A DNA stretch of 64,000 nt, taken from an uncultured Actinomycetes bacterium (GTDB lineage Bacteria > Actinomycetota > Actinomycetes > S36-B12 > UBA10799). Positions 1 through 10,209 of this stretch are shown piece by piece. Where the stretch lies: positions 18,752 to 82,751 of the forward strand of contig CAZJNU010000003.1 of NCBI GenBank assembly GCA_964547485.1. Direction: 5' to 3'. How positions within the stretch are numbered: the stretch's first letter is position 1; each line of letters begins with the position of its first letter. A program made the translations under genes and the position numbers. Below the pieces are notes generated by a model that searched no databases, was not told the DNA's origin, and saw only the letters and a list, made by a program, of their open reading frames with translations.

Positions 1-1097
1 TCCAGTCGGATGCGCTCACCGAACTCATCGGCAACGAGGCTGGCATAGAGGTGCTGCTCGTCGAGTGTGAGCCGAGCCAGGCGTGCCGCCGACGGTTGGG
101 CCTCCGTCACCCACCGATCGCGGTGAGCAATCAGCGTCTCGCGGTCCATAAGTGTCGAGCGAGCGTGCGGGAGGCCTACCCGGAGCCGGTCGAGAATTGC
201 AAAGCCGTGGGTGTCGATGTCGCCCCAATAGAGCACCGTGGCGTCGGCCAGCCAAGGCAGCCGCGCAACCCTGTCCACGGCGAACCCCTTGCCCCAAATC
301 ACCAATCCGTCCTCGGGGACATCGACGCTCAGGCAGGTGATCTCGTTCTCGATCACGATGGCGGTTGTCGGGGTCACCGGTAGCGCCATGAGTTCATCCG
401 GGCGAACAGCCATCTCAGTCAGCTGCGCTGGCAGGCCCAACGACGGGGCAGGTCGGAGCCGAACAAGTTCCGGCTTCGACCTCAACCCGAGGCCTGAGAG
501 GAAGCCGGAGCTCTTCGCAGGAACGTCGAGCATCCCCGCCAGCGCCACACGATGCCGTTCGGCAAACTTGGTGTCGACACCTGGAGCGCTGATCTCGCGC
601 AGATACCGGCCAGATTGACGATTGCGGTCCAGCCAGACGTAGGCGGCCAGCAGGTGCGGCATTTCGGACTCAACTGTGAGCGCGTTGTGCGGGTGCTCAA
701 CGATCCAGGCGCGGACTGCGCGATGGGCGCTGGCAAGCACGAGCAGCTCATCGAATCGACGCACCGAACTCGCAACCTTCAGTAACGCCCAAGCCTGCTC
801 GAACGAGGACACCAAGGCCCGCACCGGTAGCTGGTTGCGGCCGATGTCTCGCCCGCCGATGGCCTTCCATTCGAGGGTGTAAAGGCGGTCGTCATGACGC
901 CCCCGATCGAGCGCACCCACCCATTGGCGTGCGGCCGAGATGTCGTCGCCGATCTGGGACGGTTTGGGTCCGCGCAGGGGCACCGGGATCGACTCGAATG
1001 CATCACCTCTGGAATAGGTCCGCAACAGCGACCCATCATCCCAACGGCGCCTCACAGCGCCGGCAACGTCGGCAGGGGTGCTCCAATGGCTGCTCAC
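1..1097 (-). CDS. jetD: Wadjet nuclease JetD (DUF3322 + DUF2220, Toprim), runs off the left edge
   Basis: Not in the ORF track. Manual translation from GTG 1097 (GTGA overlap with the jetC stop) is open to base 1: MSSHWSTPADVAGAVRRRWDDG...GVDTKFAERH...IVIENEIT...WGKGF...LYWGDIDTHGFAIL, with Toprim E and DxD motifs. Confidence 0.9.
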   Translation of the reverse strand, partial: MSSHWSTPADVAGAVRRRWDDGSLLRTYSRGDAFESIPVPLRGPKPSQIGDDISAARQWVGALDRGRHDDRLYTLEWKAIGGRDIGRNQLPVRALVSSFEQAWALLKVASSVRRFDELLVLASAHRAVRAWIVEHPHNALTVESEMPHLLAAYVWLDRNRQSGRYLREISAPGVDTKFAERHRVALAGMLDVPAKSSGFLSGLGLRSKPELVRLRPAPSLGLPAQLTEMAVRPDELMALPVTPTTAIVIENEITCLSVDVPEDGLVIWGKGFAVDRVARLPWLADATVLYWGDIDTHGFAILDRLRVGLPHARSTLMDRETLIAHRDRWVTEAQPSAARLARLTLDEQHLYASLVADEFGERIRL

Positions 1098-3275
1098 GGA
1101 ACTCGCCCGTCGCGCTGCGCCCGGTACTCCTCGATCGTCATCGTCTGCAGCCGGGATCCAGTCCCGGAGGGATTGTCGACGAATCCGATCGCCTTGACAT
1201 ACGGCTCGATGACGTGAACCTTCTGCAGCGGCGTGACAATCAACAGTTGCAGGCCCAACTTGGCGAAGAGTTCCAGCGCGTAGCGGGTCGAGAGGTCCGA
1301 GCCTCGCCCGAATGCCTCGTCGATCACCGCGAAACGGAAGTCCCGTGACTTCTCCACCCCCCACTCGAGCCCGAATTGGTAGGCCAACGAGGCAGCCAGG
1401 ATCGTGTAGGCAAGCTTCTCCTTCTGGCCGCCAGATTTGCCATCCGAGTCGCTGTAGTGCTCCCACTCGACATCACTCTCGGCGTCCCGTTCGGAGGCCG
1501 AGAATACAAACCAATTGCGCACGTCGGTGACCCTGCGGGTCCACGCCCTATCTGCGTCGCCGTAGCCGTCGCGACCGCGGAACCGCTCAATGATCCGCTT
1601 GACGTCGAGGAATCGCTGCTCCGAGTACTGATCGCCGTCGACTGCCAGGCTGTCGTTGGTGAGGTTGCGCAAATCGGATCGGAACTGCGCAACCTCCTGA
1701 TTACTGGTGAGTTCCTTCTCCAGTCGGATGTAGCGGCCCGGGTTGTAGGCCACCGCTCCCAGCGCCTCGTTGATCCGAGCGACCCGCTCATCAATCGCTG
1801 ATGCCTGCCGGTTCAGCCAGTTGTTGAACCCGGCAAGTTCCTGGATCGCGTTCTTGTTGAGTTGCTCCTTGAACTCGTTCTCGAACCGCGGCAGATCATC
1901 CGTTGCGACGCGGTCGCGAAACGCCAGGAAGTCGCCCCGACTCTCGACGGCCGCGTCCATATCGGCCGCCAGTTCCGGCCACCGCCGCAGCACGTCGGCC
2001 ATGTACTGACCCAGGCTCTGTCCGTACCCGCCGAGTTCTCTGGTGAGGCGCTCAATACTCCGATGTAAGTCACCGAAAAGGCTGGCCTCGGCCTCGGCGC
2101 AGTCTGTCGCGCGGGCGGGAATCTTCGCTCCGAGGCGCAGGTTCAGAGCCTCGTAGACGGCGCGGGCACCTGCCAGCACGTCGTCCGTCTGTCCGGATAC
2201 AAACGTGTCGTCCCCGTTCCGGTCCTGCTCCGCCTTCTTCACTTCTTGAGCCGTCGTCGCGAGTTTGCCGGTGAGATGCTCAATCGACTTCTCCACTAAA
2301 GCGCCGAGGTCGGAATTTCGGGCTAAGGCTTTGGTGATCTCCTCCAACTTCGACGAACCCGCCTCCAATCGGGCTCGTTCGGAGTCATGACCTTGTGCGC
2401 GGGACTCGGCCTCGGCTGCATCGAGGTCGATCCAGGATCGGAACCCCTCCAACCGCGCAAGCGCTTCCTGTCCGCTCTGTACGGCGTCCCGCTCGGCGGT
2501 GAGCACCGCCAGCTCGCCAGTAGTCTCCTCCCGCTTGATGTTCAACTCGGCGAGATCTTCGCGCAGAGCGGTGATCTTGCGTTCGTTGGCCCACCCGAGC
2601 ACCCATCGCCGGGCGTCATCGATCGCGTGTCGGTCGTCCCTTTCGTGTCGATCACCGGATCTCACTTGGCCTTCGCGAGTGACCGCCTTCCGCTGGCTGC
2701 GGAACTCCTCGAGGTCTGCCGCACAGCGGTGATCGGCCCGTCTCATGAGTTCCTCAACCAGGTAGTCCCGGAACGGTCCGACCTTGACCTCCACGCAGTC
2801 TGCCAGCAGCAGCTCCCCATGGTGGTGTGACTGGAGCGGTACTCGCCTGCTCGGAACGCGCAGATAGGTGAGTTTCGCACCGACGGTACGACCGCCACGT
2901 CCGTGGAAGGTGAGTCGTCGACCATTCACCCATTCCGCAACGACGTCATAGTGCTGCTGCGGCACAAGCAGTGATATTGCGAACCCGCGCAACACCCGCT
3001 CGGCTGCCCCGCGCCACTCAGAGTACTCGTCATAGACATCGAGGAGTTCCCCTGCGTAAGGCAGGTCGTCAGGTGTCAACCCGAGATCCCCGCAGAGCTG
3101 AGCCCGCAGCTCCACTTGCTCAATCGGGAGGTTGCTGGTCCGCTGCTCGAGACTGGCAAGTTCGGCAGTGACGCGGTCGCAGTCGCGTTGAATCTCCCGT
3201 TCACGACCGATCCCGTCGACACTGGCCGCGTCGATGTCCCGCTTCCTGGTGGCGAGCCGGGGGCGCTCCACGGAG
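1094..3275 (-). pseudogene. jetC: Wadjet SMC-like ATPase JetC, C-terminal ~725 codons only
   Basis: SNLP...LPYAGELLDV...AAERVLRGFAISLLVP, coiled coils, KSGGQKEKLAYTILAA and Walker B IDEAF are present. No N-terminal Walker A lobe. The first ~135 aa of the tracked 862-aa ORF are an off-frame read of jetA. Confidence 0.85.
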
Positions 3276-3599
3276 CGGCGTGACTTCGTAGTGCACCTCG
3301 TCGTCGTCCGCCGGGTAGAACCGTCGCAGGTAACCGGCGTCGGTGGCAGCCCAGTCCTCCAAGTAGGCACGCGACTCCTTGGGAAACCGTAAGTCCCCGC
3401 TCTCCACCTGGATGTCGGCGTTGAGCGCGTAGAGCTGATCGTCCAATGCTGCCGCGACATCGCTCGCCGAGCACGCGCCGCGGTTGCCGTCAACGAAGTA
3501 GCCGCCGAGGAAGGACATAATGAGAGCGGAGTTGCCCGCACGCAGCAGTCGCCACGCTGGGTGGCGACCCCGCAGCGCCTCGATCTCGTCGTACTCCAT
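3276..3599 (-). pseudogene. jetA: Wadjet JetA (DUF3375) N-terminal fragment
   Basis: ATG 3599 gives MEYDEIEALRGRHPAWRLLRAGNSALIMSFL...YLEDWA...GYLRRFYP..DDEVHYEVTP, then abruptly joins jetC sequence out of frame (stop at 3201). Confidence 0.85.
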
Positions 3600-3726
3600 G
3601 CGGCAAGCCTGGAGAGGCCTCCCGACATTTTCGGCCGGGCTACCACATGGGCACGCCCGTCTTCCCCTTCTTCGGCGAGCACGTTCGCGCTCGCAAGCCA
3701 GAGCAGGACCTGGTATGAATCGAATC

Positions 3727-4041
3727 TCAGTCGAGACCAAGCACCAGCCGCAGCGCAGTCTCCACCTCAGCAAGCTCGTTGGCCGAAAGGCGCCCTGCGA
3801 ACTCCCCGAGCCGCTGCGGATCAGCCGCAAAGGACTGCTCCAGCATGACCTTGGTCCTCGTGCCCTGCATGTCTATCTCTGGCCGAAAGCTGGCGCTGCG
3901 AGCGCCGGTTGAGGTCGGGGCAACGATCAGAGTAGATAGCGGAAGCGCGTCAGTCTGCAGGACGACTGCGTACCTCACACCGCGCTGTTCATGTCCTATC
4001 GCATTCCTTCGCTCTGGCAGACGGTAGATGTCACCGCGCAC
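3727..4041 (-). CDS. mazF: MazF/PemK family endoribonuclease toxin
   Basis: VRGDIYRL...GHEQRGVRYAVVLQ...TLIVAPTST...LGEFAGRLS...LRLVLGL. The GTG start overlaps the antitoxin stop (alternative ATG at 4050). Confidence 0.9.
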   Translation of the reverse strand: MRGDIYRLPERRNAIGHEQRGVRYAVVLQTDALPLSTLIVAPTSTGARSASFRPEIDMQGTRTKVMLEQSFAADPQRLGEFAGRLSANELAEVETALRLVLGLD

Positions 4042-4279
4042 GAACGGCATCCATCTCACGCATGATCGCCCGAGCTTCGGCGAGGTCCTCCTCGTCAGCC
4101 ACCAGGGCGCGGGCCTCATCAGCTAGGCGAGCGTCTCGTTCAGCTCGGGCGGTTGCAATCAGCGCGCGCCGAATAGCAGCCGAAGCGCTGTCTCCGGTCC
4201 TGGTCAACTCTGCAAGAGCCGTCGCTGACTCGTCGTCGGGGCGAAACGTGATAACTCCTGAGTTCTTCGGATCTGCCAC
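4031..4279 (-). CDS. mazE: Cognate antitoxin (RHH/CopG-like)
   Basis: 82 aa directly upstream of and overlapping mazF. N-terminal ITFRPDDE..ALAEL..SAAIRRAL is RHH-like and the C-terminus is acidic. Confidence 0.75.
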   Translation of the reverse strand: MADPKNSGVITFRPDDESATALAELTRTGDSASAAIRRALIATARAERDARLADEARALVADEEDLAEARAIMREMDAVRAR

Positions 4280-4284
4280 CTGAT

Positions 4285-4311
4285 CAGTGTAACACTCCTT
4301 GTATTACACTG
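4285..4311. promoter_or_regulatory. Inverted-repeat operator upstream of mazEF
   Basis: CAGTGTAA-N11-TTACACTG, a perfect 8-bp inverted repeat 5 nt upstream of the antitoxin start. Confidence 0.7.
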
Positions 4312-4326
4312 TAAGCGGGAATTGCG

Positions 4327-7300
4327 CTACCTAGCCTGCCTGAAGGCGAAGGTGACCGGGGTTGAGTTGCCCTGCGTGTTTGCCGCAATGACCTGGACGC
4401 GGTAAAGGGCGCCCTTGCGCAAGTTCACCAGCGTCCTTGAGGTGGTCGTGTTGATGACCCACGCCCCGAATGTCGCGGAGTCGGGCCGGGTCACGCGTAT
4501 CAGGTACCGCACCACTGGCGTTCCACCCCTGGACGCCGGCAGGCTCCAGGCGATAGTCGTCCGGCCCGCCGTCGGCACGGCGGCAACCCGCAGTTCTCGC
4601 ACGGGAGAGGTCGTGGTGGCTTGTCGAAACGCCAAAGTCGTGGCTTGTGAGACTCCTGCCGCCGTGACCGCAGTCAGCTGAACCCGGTAGTTCGCACCGT
4701 TGGTCAGACCGGACAGGACACGACTGGTCGCCGACGTCGCGATCCACGGAGTGAAAACCGTGGCCGAATTCGGCGCCGACACCCGAAGGCGATAACCCGA
4801 CACCGGCGCGCCCCCGGTGCTCGTCGGCGATGTCCAGGCGACCGTGGCCTGGCGTCTCCCAGGGAAGGCCAGCAGGCGCGCACTCACCGGGGGGCCAGGA
4901 ACGCCGATGGCGTTCCCTGTCAAAGCCGTCTGGTCGGATGGCCGAACCCCATCGGGGTACGCCAGCGTCACCCAGGCGCCGGCGAGGGTTCCGACTTGGG
5001 TCGGAGTCCAGGACAGGATCAGGCTGCACGTACTGGACGAGGGGATCGCCGTGCCCTCGGCGCAGGTCCCACCGGTAACGGCAACCCCAGGCCCGGACGA
5101 AGTGATCGCCGATGGGGTCGCTGCCATGGCACCCGAGTTGGCAACGTTGACGGTCAACCGAGAGGTGGTTCCGACCTTTGTGGTAGCGAAGGCGCCGGTA
5201 CTGAACGTCAAGGGCCCAGCTGCCGTGACCTGGAACGAAGCCGTGACTCGAGTGGCCGGAGCCCACCCGACGTTGCCATCCTGATCGGCGTTGATGGTGC
5301 ACGTGCCAGCGGATGCCAGGAAGACTCGGGCATCGGCCACGGAGCAAGTGCCCGGGGTTGAGGTCGTGAAGGCGACCGGCAAGCCAGAGGTCGAGGTGGC
5401 AGCCAACTCCACTGACCCTGCCGACAGAGCCACGCTGGTCGGCGGTGTGAATGTGATCGTCTGCGGCGTCGGTCCCCAGATGCTGACACTCCAGGCGATG
5501 ATCGTCGCCGTGTCGCCGCTCGCGGCGTCGACGACCTTCAATCGCCAACTGCCGGTCGGGTCCTGGTAGTTCAAAGTGGCCAGTGAACCCTCCGGGCGGA
5601 ATCTGCCGGAGAACGGCGCCTGCCCACTCGTGATTGCGTCAGTTTCAGCATCGTCGAAGACGGTACCGACGTAGTTATCGCCGCTTTCGCCGTTGCGGTT
5701 GGACAGTGCCACTTCGGTGCCGGTCGGACTGATCAGGGAGATGATCAGGTCCTGGTCATACGTGGACTCGACTCTGCCTAGGGTTACCGTCACATTCGTG
5801 ATCGGGCCGAGTCCCGCTGGCACGGCAATCTCGCCGAATGTGCCAGCGCCACTGTCGTCCGGAACCGGAATTGCTGCACCCTGGTAGTTCGCGACATAGG
5901 AGCTGGGAACCGACGTCCCGGGTATCACTGGGCCGCTGGCCGGGCTGAAGCCGCCGGTGCCGATGGCGTTCCTGGCCGCCACCCGGAACACGTACCCGAC
6001 GCCGTTGGTCAAACCGGCGACAGTGCTGACGGTCGTCGTCGACACACCATCGGGGAAGGTCAACCACGATGAGCCCCCGTCGGCTGAGTACTGCACCAGG
6101 TAGTCGGTGATCGCGGCCGAACCGTCGGCCGGAGCAGTCCAGGCCACGGAAGCCTGTCCATTGCCCGGAAGGCCGGCGGGAGTCGCTGGCGCCAGCGGTG
6201 CAGTGGGGATGGGGATGATCTCCACCGCTTGCCCGGCCGTCGCCACCTCGACGCAATCGGCTTCGCTGATCCCACCGGTACCGATCAAGGAGGCGCACGA
6301 CGCCTGCAACGCCCGCCCGTACGCGGCGTAGTCACTGCTCGTCGTCAGCAGATTCGCAGCCCAGTAGATGATCGGCGCCGCCTTCGCCAGGCCCACGCCG
6401 GTGACCGTGCGACCGTTGAAGGTTCCGCCATCGGTGAGCAACGAGGTCAACTTGTTGCCGACGCCGCTGTTGCTATGGACACCCCCGTCGTCCGCCGTTC
6501 CGTTGTAGTAGAGCGGGCTACCCATTCGATCCGGGTCGTCGAACGCCGGCGGATTCGCCATGTCGCGAATAACTCCGACCCCTGGGATGTCCTCGCCCAA
6601 CTTCCACCGAACGTCGGGGGTGTCGGTGCCACCGGAGTTGGTCAGGTCGACGAATTCGCCGAAGGTGTCGCTGAGGGACTCGTTGATCGCCCCAGACTGA
6701 CCGTCATAGATGAGGTCGGACATGTGTGTGGTCACGCCGTGGGTGAGTTCGTGCCCGACCACATCGTCTGCCGCTGCATATCCGAGACCAAAGGCCATCT
6801 GGGAGCCGTCCCAAAAGGCATTTTCGAGCGGGCAGGAATCGGTCTCGCAGTATCGGACAGTGGAGATCAGCGGCGTTCCGCGGTTGTCCAGCGAGTCCCG
6901 ACCCACCGCCAGATAGAAGAAGTCGTAGGTGTCGCCGGAGTAGTCGTACGCGTCGTTGACATCGACAACGGTGCTGGCAGGCATGCCCTCGGTGCGCAGC
7001 GGCGCGACGCAGGGCACCTGACTCGCGGAGTTGGCCGCGTCGCAGATCCGACGGTCCTTGGCACTCTCGATCTGGTCGAGGTCCAACACAACGGACCCTG
7101 CGTTGGCGTCCACGAAAACGAGCCGATTGACGATGGCGCCTCTGACGCTGGTGACGTCCGTGCCCCACACCAACGTGGCCGCCGGAGTTCCGGTCCGGCC
7201 CAGGATCCGGGGGTCGTAGATCCACTGCTGCGCCGGCGAAGTCGTAAGTGATGCGCGATCTGCGCCGGTGCGCGCCACTACTTCTGCCAAAGCTGTCGCC

Positions 7301-7803
7301 GACGCCTGGGTGGGGCTGATTGAGGCGCGCAGATCGGGAGCCGGCCCCGGCAGGGATTCACTTGCCGCAGATCGGACGTCGCCGGACCTGTCAAGATCGA
7401 CCAGCACCTCAGCGCCGAAAACGGGCACGCCGCCGACCTTCTCCGCAAATCGCACCACGGTGCCGTTGGCCGCGGATGGCTGAACACTGGTCAACTCAAG
7501 TTCGGTGCCCGAATCCGACGGCCCGACCTGTGACCTCGGACCCGCCAGAAAGGCGCGGGCCAAGGTCTGTGGGGAAGCGTTCGACGGTACACCGGCCGCC
7601 CGCGAGGCCGGCTGCCCTGGCAGGAAGCTTTGGAACTTGGAAATGGCAGCGGCGGTGTCCGCAGAAGGGTCGACAGGTGCTGAGCTCGCCGCGCCGACTG
7701 CCGTAGGCGGCCAACCGAGGGACACCATCGCGAGACAACCGATGGCGAGAAGTGTCAATACTCGGAGTCCCCGCCGTGCCAGCTGCCGCATCATGAATAA
7801 CAC
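4327..7803 (-). CDS. Secreted M4 (thermolysin-like) metallopeptidase with FN3, P-domain and Ig-like modules
   Basis: Signal peptide, propeptide, NAFWDG, DVVGHELTHGV (HExxH), GAINESLSD, GGVHSNSG. These are followed by FN3, a proprotein-convertase P domain, Ig-like domains and two terminal FN3. Confidence 0.92.
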   Translation of the reverse strand: MLFMMRQLARRGLRVLTLLAIGCLAMVSLGWPPTAVGAASSAPVDPSADTAAAISKFQSFLPGQPASRAAGVPSNASPQTLARAFLAGPRSQVGPSDSGTELELTSVQPSAANGTVVRFAEKVGGVPVFGAEVLVDLDRSGDVRSAASESLPGPAPDLRASISPTQASATALAEVVARTGADRASLTTSPAQQWIYDPRILGRTGTPAATLVWGTDVTSVRGAIVNRLVFVDANAGSVVLDLDQIESAKDRRICDAANSASQVPCVAPLRTEGMPASTVVDVNDAYDYSGDTYDFFYLAVGRDSLDNRGTPLISTVRYCETDSCPLENAFWDGSQMAFGLGYAAADDVVGHELTHGVTTHMSDLIYDGQSGAINESLSDTFGEFVDLTNSGGTDTPDVRWKLGEDIPGVGVIRDMANPPAFDDPDRMGSPLYYNGTADDGGVHSNSGVGNKLTSLLTDGGTFNGRTVTGVGLAKAAPIIYWAANLLTTSSDYAAYGRALQASCASLIGTGGISEADCVEVATAGQAVEIIPIPTAPLAPATPAGLPGNGQASVAWTAPADGSAAITDYLVQYSADGGSSWLTFPDGVSTTTVSTVAGLTNGVGYVFRVAARNAIGTGGFSPASGPVIPGTSVPSSYVANYQGAAIPVPDDSGAGTFGEIAVPAGLGPITNVTVTLGRVESTYDQDLIISLISPTGTEVALSNRNGESGDNYVGTVFDDAETDAITSGQAPFSGRFRPEGSLATLNYQDPTGSWRLKVVDAASGDTATIIAWSVSIWGPTPQTITFTPPTSVALSAGSVELAATSTSGLPVAFTTSTPGTCSVADARVFLASAGTCTINADQDGNVGWAPATRVTASFQVTAAGPLTFSTGAFATTKVGTTSRLTVNVANSGAMAATPSAITSSGPGVAVTGGTCAEGTAIPSSSTCSLILSWTPTQVGTLAGAWVTLAYPDGVRPSDQTALTGNAIGVPGPPVSARLLAFPGRRQATVAWTSPTSTGGAPVSGYRLRVSAPNSATVFTPWIATSATSRVLSGLTNGANYRVQLTAVTAAGVSQATTLAFRQATTTSPVRELRVAAVPTAGRTTIAWSLPASRGGTPVVRYLIRVTRPDSATFGAWVINTTTSRTLVNLRKGALYRVQVIAANTQGNSTPVTFAFRQAR

Positions 7804-8049
7804 TCGCCCTGGCCGCGAGGCAGGCCCGAACCCAACTGATCAAGGGCGGCACGAAACCCTGCTGAGCCAATGACTTCAGCGGAAAGCGCCGGCGCGCGCG
7901 ACATCACAGGCCTCCGAGTAGCTGTATCGGCATCGCCCCCGGTCGACTTGATCGGGGGTGTGTCCGGCTGGGCTCGCTCGTCGCGAACTGGGCTCCCTGT
8001 TCTCATCGCGGGCATCGGCAGCAACGTGCACCCGACGTGCTTTGATGGG

Positions 8050-8625
8050 ATGGTGTCGCCCCCCGAATCCCGGTCGAGCATCCGCGCCCGGCGAACCCGT
8101 GGCGCGATCCTCACGGCGGGCGCGGAACTTCTGTCGGAAGAAGGAGTTCGCGGAATCACAGTTGAGGGTATTTCCAGGAGGACCGGGCTTGCGAAGACGA
8201 CCATCTACCGCTATTGGCCAACACGTGAACGGCTTGTCATCTCGGTACTTGAAGACGTCCGGTTCGACTTGCCCACACCCGATACGGGCAATTCCCGGAC
8301 GGATATTCGAATCGTTCTGAAGGCACTGTGGGACCTAGTCCGCGAACCCGGAAACAGAATGACGCTGGCGTCCATGATCGAAGCGCACCTCGATGATCCG
8401 GCATTGGAGGCGCTCCATGTTCAGTTCATGCTCGCGAGCGGCCAACCAATCTTCGACGTGCTGACGCGCGGACTCCAGCGTGGCGAGTTTGACGACGATC
8501 TGGATCTGGAGTTCGCCTTCCGGATGCTCACGGGACCGATAATCGCCGGCGCTCTCGTGCTGGGTGCGCCAGTAGATGAGGCATTTGTGGGCCATCTAAC
8601 CGTAGCGGCGCTCGGCGATGAATGA
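8050..8625 (+). CDS. TetR/AcrR family regulator
   Basis: RTRGAILTAGAELLSEEGVRGITVEGISRRTGLAKTTIYRYWPT HTH. Start is uncertain (track start 7870). Confidence 0.9.
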   Translation: MVSPPESRSSIRARRTRGAILTAGAELLSEEGVRGITVEGISRRTGLAKTTIYRYWPTRERLVISVLEDVRFDLPTPDTGNSRTDIRIVLKALWDLVREPGNRMTLASMIEAHLDDPALEALHVQFMLASGQPIFDVLTRGLQRGEFDDDLDLEFAFRMLTGPIIAGALVLGAPVDEAFVGHLTVAALGDE

Positions 8626-8643
8626 GGCGCCGAAAATGTCCGC

Positions 8644-8808
8644 ATGGCGACCTACTTCATCATTGCCGCAGTGTCGCTGCTGCTGCTTCCATGCAGCGCG
8701 ACCGCGAGCATCGTCGTGGCCGCCCTGCTGGCGATGCTCAATGCGCTGGATGGCGTGTTCAACCGGTGCGTTGGCTGCATGATCTACACCTATGTCGTGC
8801 TGCCCTAA
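8644..8808 (+). pseudogene. DUF4395-like membrane protein, C-terminal fragment (54 aa)
   Basis: MATYFIIAAVSLLLL...LNALDGVFNRCVGCMIYTYVVLP. The terminal CxGCxIY pattern recalls DUF4395, and the N-terminal half is missing. Confidence 0.45.
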
Positions 8809-9135
8809 GAGAACAAGAGTCTCGCCCCTGATTCAGTTTCCTGATAGCGGCCCGCGCTCGCGCTGAGGGAACTTTTGGCGCTTATGTCGCTCCCGCCGCC
8901 GCGGCCTGGTGGAACTGGGGTGATGCGAGCTCGAGGTCGAGGGGGCTGGTGGGTCGGATCTTGGAGTACCTCCTGCTGGTGTTGTAGAACCGAGTGTTTT
9001 CGGTGACGCCGACGCATCCCAGCTAGCTGTCACCGTACTGCGCAGAATTGCCATCGGTAACGAGCGAGCCGCCGAGATCGGCATTCGCCGCAGGAGCCAG
9101 GGGAACGAGCCGCGGAGTTGTCCAGTCGACCATCT

Positions 9136-10209
9136 TCAGCACCCGGGGATGTTTCCTGTGGTGGGGTTGGACCAGAAACTCATCCCCATGTACGTGACGA
9201 CTCGATTGCGCACGTCCACCTGCTGGCCAGCACAGTTGGTCGGCGCCCAGAAACCTCCAGCGCCACCTGAGGCGTTGACCGTGACGGGGATTTGCGACAG
9301 CGTGCACGCCTGTTCAGGATCATTGATGTTGGTGACGAGGCAGCGACCATATGTCGAGCGATAGCCCCCCCAAGGGGAGTGCCCGGCGTTCCCGGCATTC
9401 TGGGGCAGCGCCAGGATTCGCCTCCAACCGGAGGCGCCGACAGCCGGTCCACTGTAGTACGCCGATCCCCCGTTACTACTGGTGTCGACGCCTCCAGGGT
9501 CGACGAAGATGCTCCCGCCGCTCAATGAGGGATTGACACCGGGCGGGTCTGGCGCGCAGGCCCGCATCGCGGGCAGGTACACCCCCAGTTCGTCGGTGAC
9601 CGTCCCTGGGTTATCGAAGTCCTTCCAGGGGCCGGTTGAGCTCGCAACGTAGGCCGGAATGGTATTGCCCCACGGCTGCCATTGGGTACCTGTGGGCAGG
9701 TTAGTTCCGTTTGCACCCGTACCCGATGTGAGGTTGCGTTGGGTAGTCGTCACGTTGTAGTTGGTCGCGTCAAGGCCGCCCGTTTGGGTGTGCAGACAGG
9801 ATCCCGCGCCAACAGAAATCCCCACGTGATACGAGATGATCGGTTGATTACAGGTGAGTTGGTAGACGAACACGCCATCACTGGGGGACGAGTCGTCCAC
9901 CACGTAGTCGCTAACGCAGGTAGACCCGGGTCCGCTCGACGGCGTGACACCGGGGCTGAACTGGTTCAGGTCGCCGTCGGTGCTGTAATAACTCATCCGG
10001 GCCGATGGTGCATCACCGAGCGTGCCGACCCCGTAGGCAACTGTGCTGGTGGGATCCCCCGCCACGTAGATGGTGACGGTCAGCACATCGTCGGCCGCGG
10101 CGGCAGGCGATTGGTCGACGAAAACGCCCGCGGCCGCCAAGCCCATGGCTGCCATCGCACCAGCCGTGCGTCTCACACCGCCCCGTCCGAAAACTAACGA
10201 AGTTGTCAT
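9136..10209 (-). CDS. Secreted Cys/Gly/Ser-rich protein of unknown function
   Basis: 357 aa, signal peptide ending PAAAA-DD, eight Cys, coupled to the upstream gene by a 4-nt overlap. Confidence 0.7.
   Translation of the reverse strand: MTTSLVFGRGGVRRTAGAMAAMGLAAAGVFVDQSPAAAADDVLTVTIYVAGDPTSTVAYGVGTLGDAPSARMSYYSTDGDLNQFSPGVTPSSGPGSTCVSDYVVDDSSPSDGVFVYQLTCNQPIISYHVGISVGAGSCLHTQTGGLDATNYNVTTTQRNLTSGTGANGTNLPTGTQWQPWGNTIPAYVASSTGPWKDFDNPGTVTDELGVYLPAMRACAPDPPGVNPSLSGGSIFVDPGGVDTSSNGGSAYYSGPAVGASGWRRILALPQNAGNAGHSPWGGYRSTYGRCLVTNINDPEQACTLSQIPVTVNASGGAGGFWAPTNCAGQQVDVRNRVVTYMGMSFWSNPTTGNIPGC

Noticed and set aside
3276-3682. N-terminal ~135 aa of the tracked 862-aa ORF as part of JetC
   Set aside because: It is an alternative-frame read of the jetA fragment, with no SMC motifs.
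7804-8049. Riboswitch upstream of the M4 protease (CCCGAACCC resembles part of the c-di-AMP motif)
   Set aside because: The match is on the wrong strand for the protease, and the other conserved elements are absent.
8833-9135. Possible frameshifted FN3 tail of the 357-aa secreted protein
   Set aside because: Only weak TVTASW and PLAP similarity spread over different frames.
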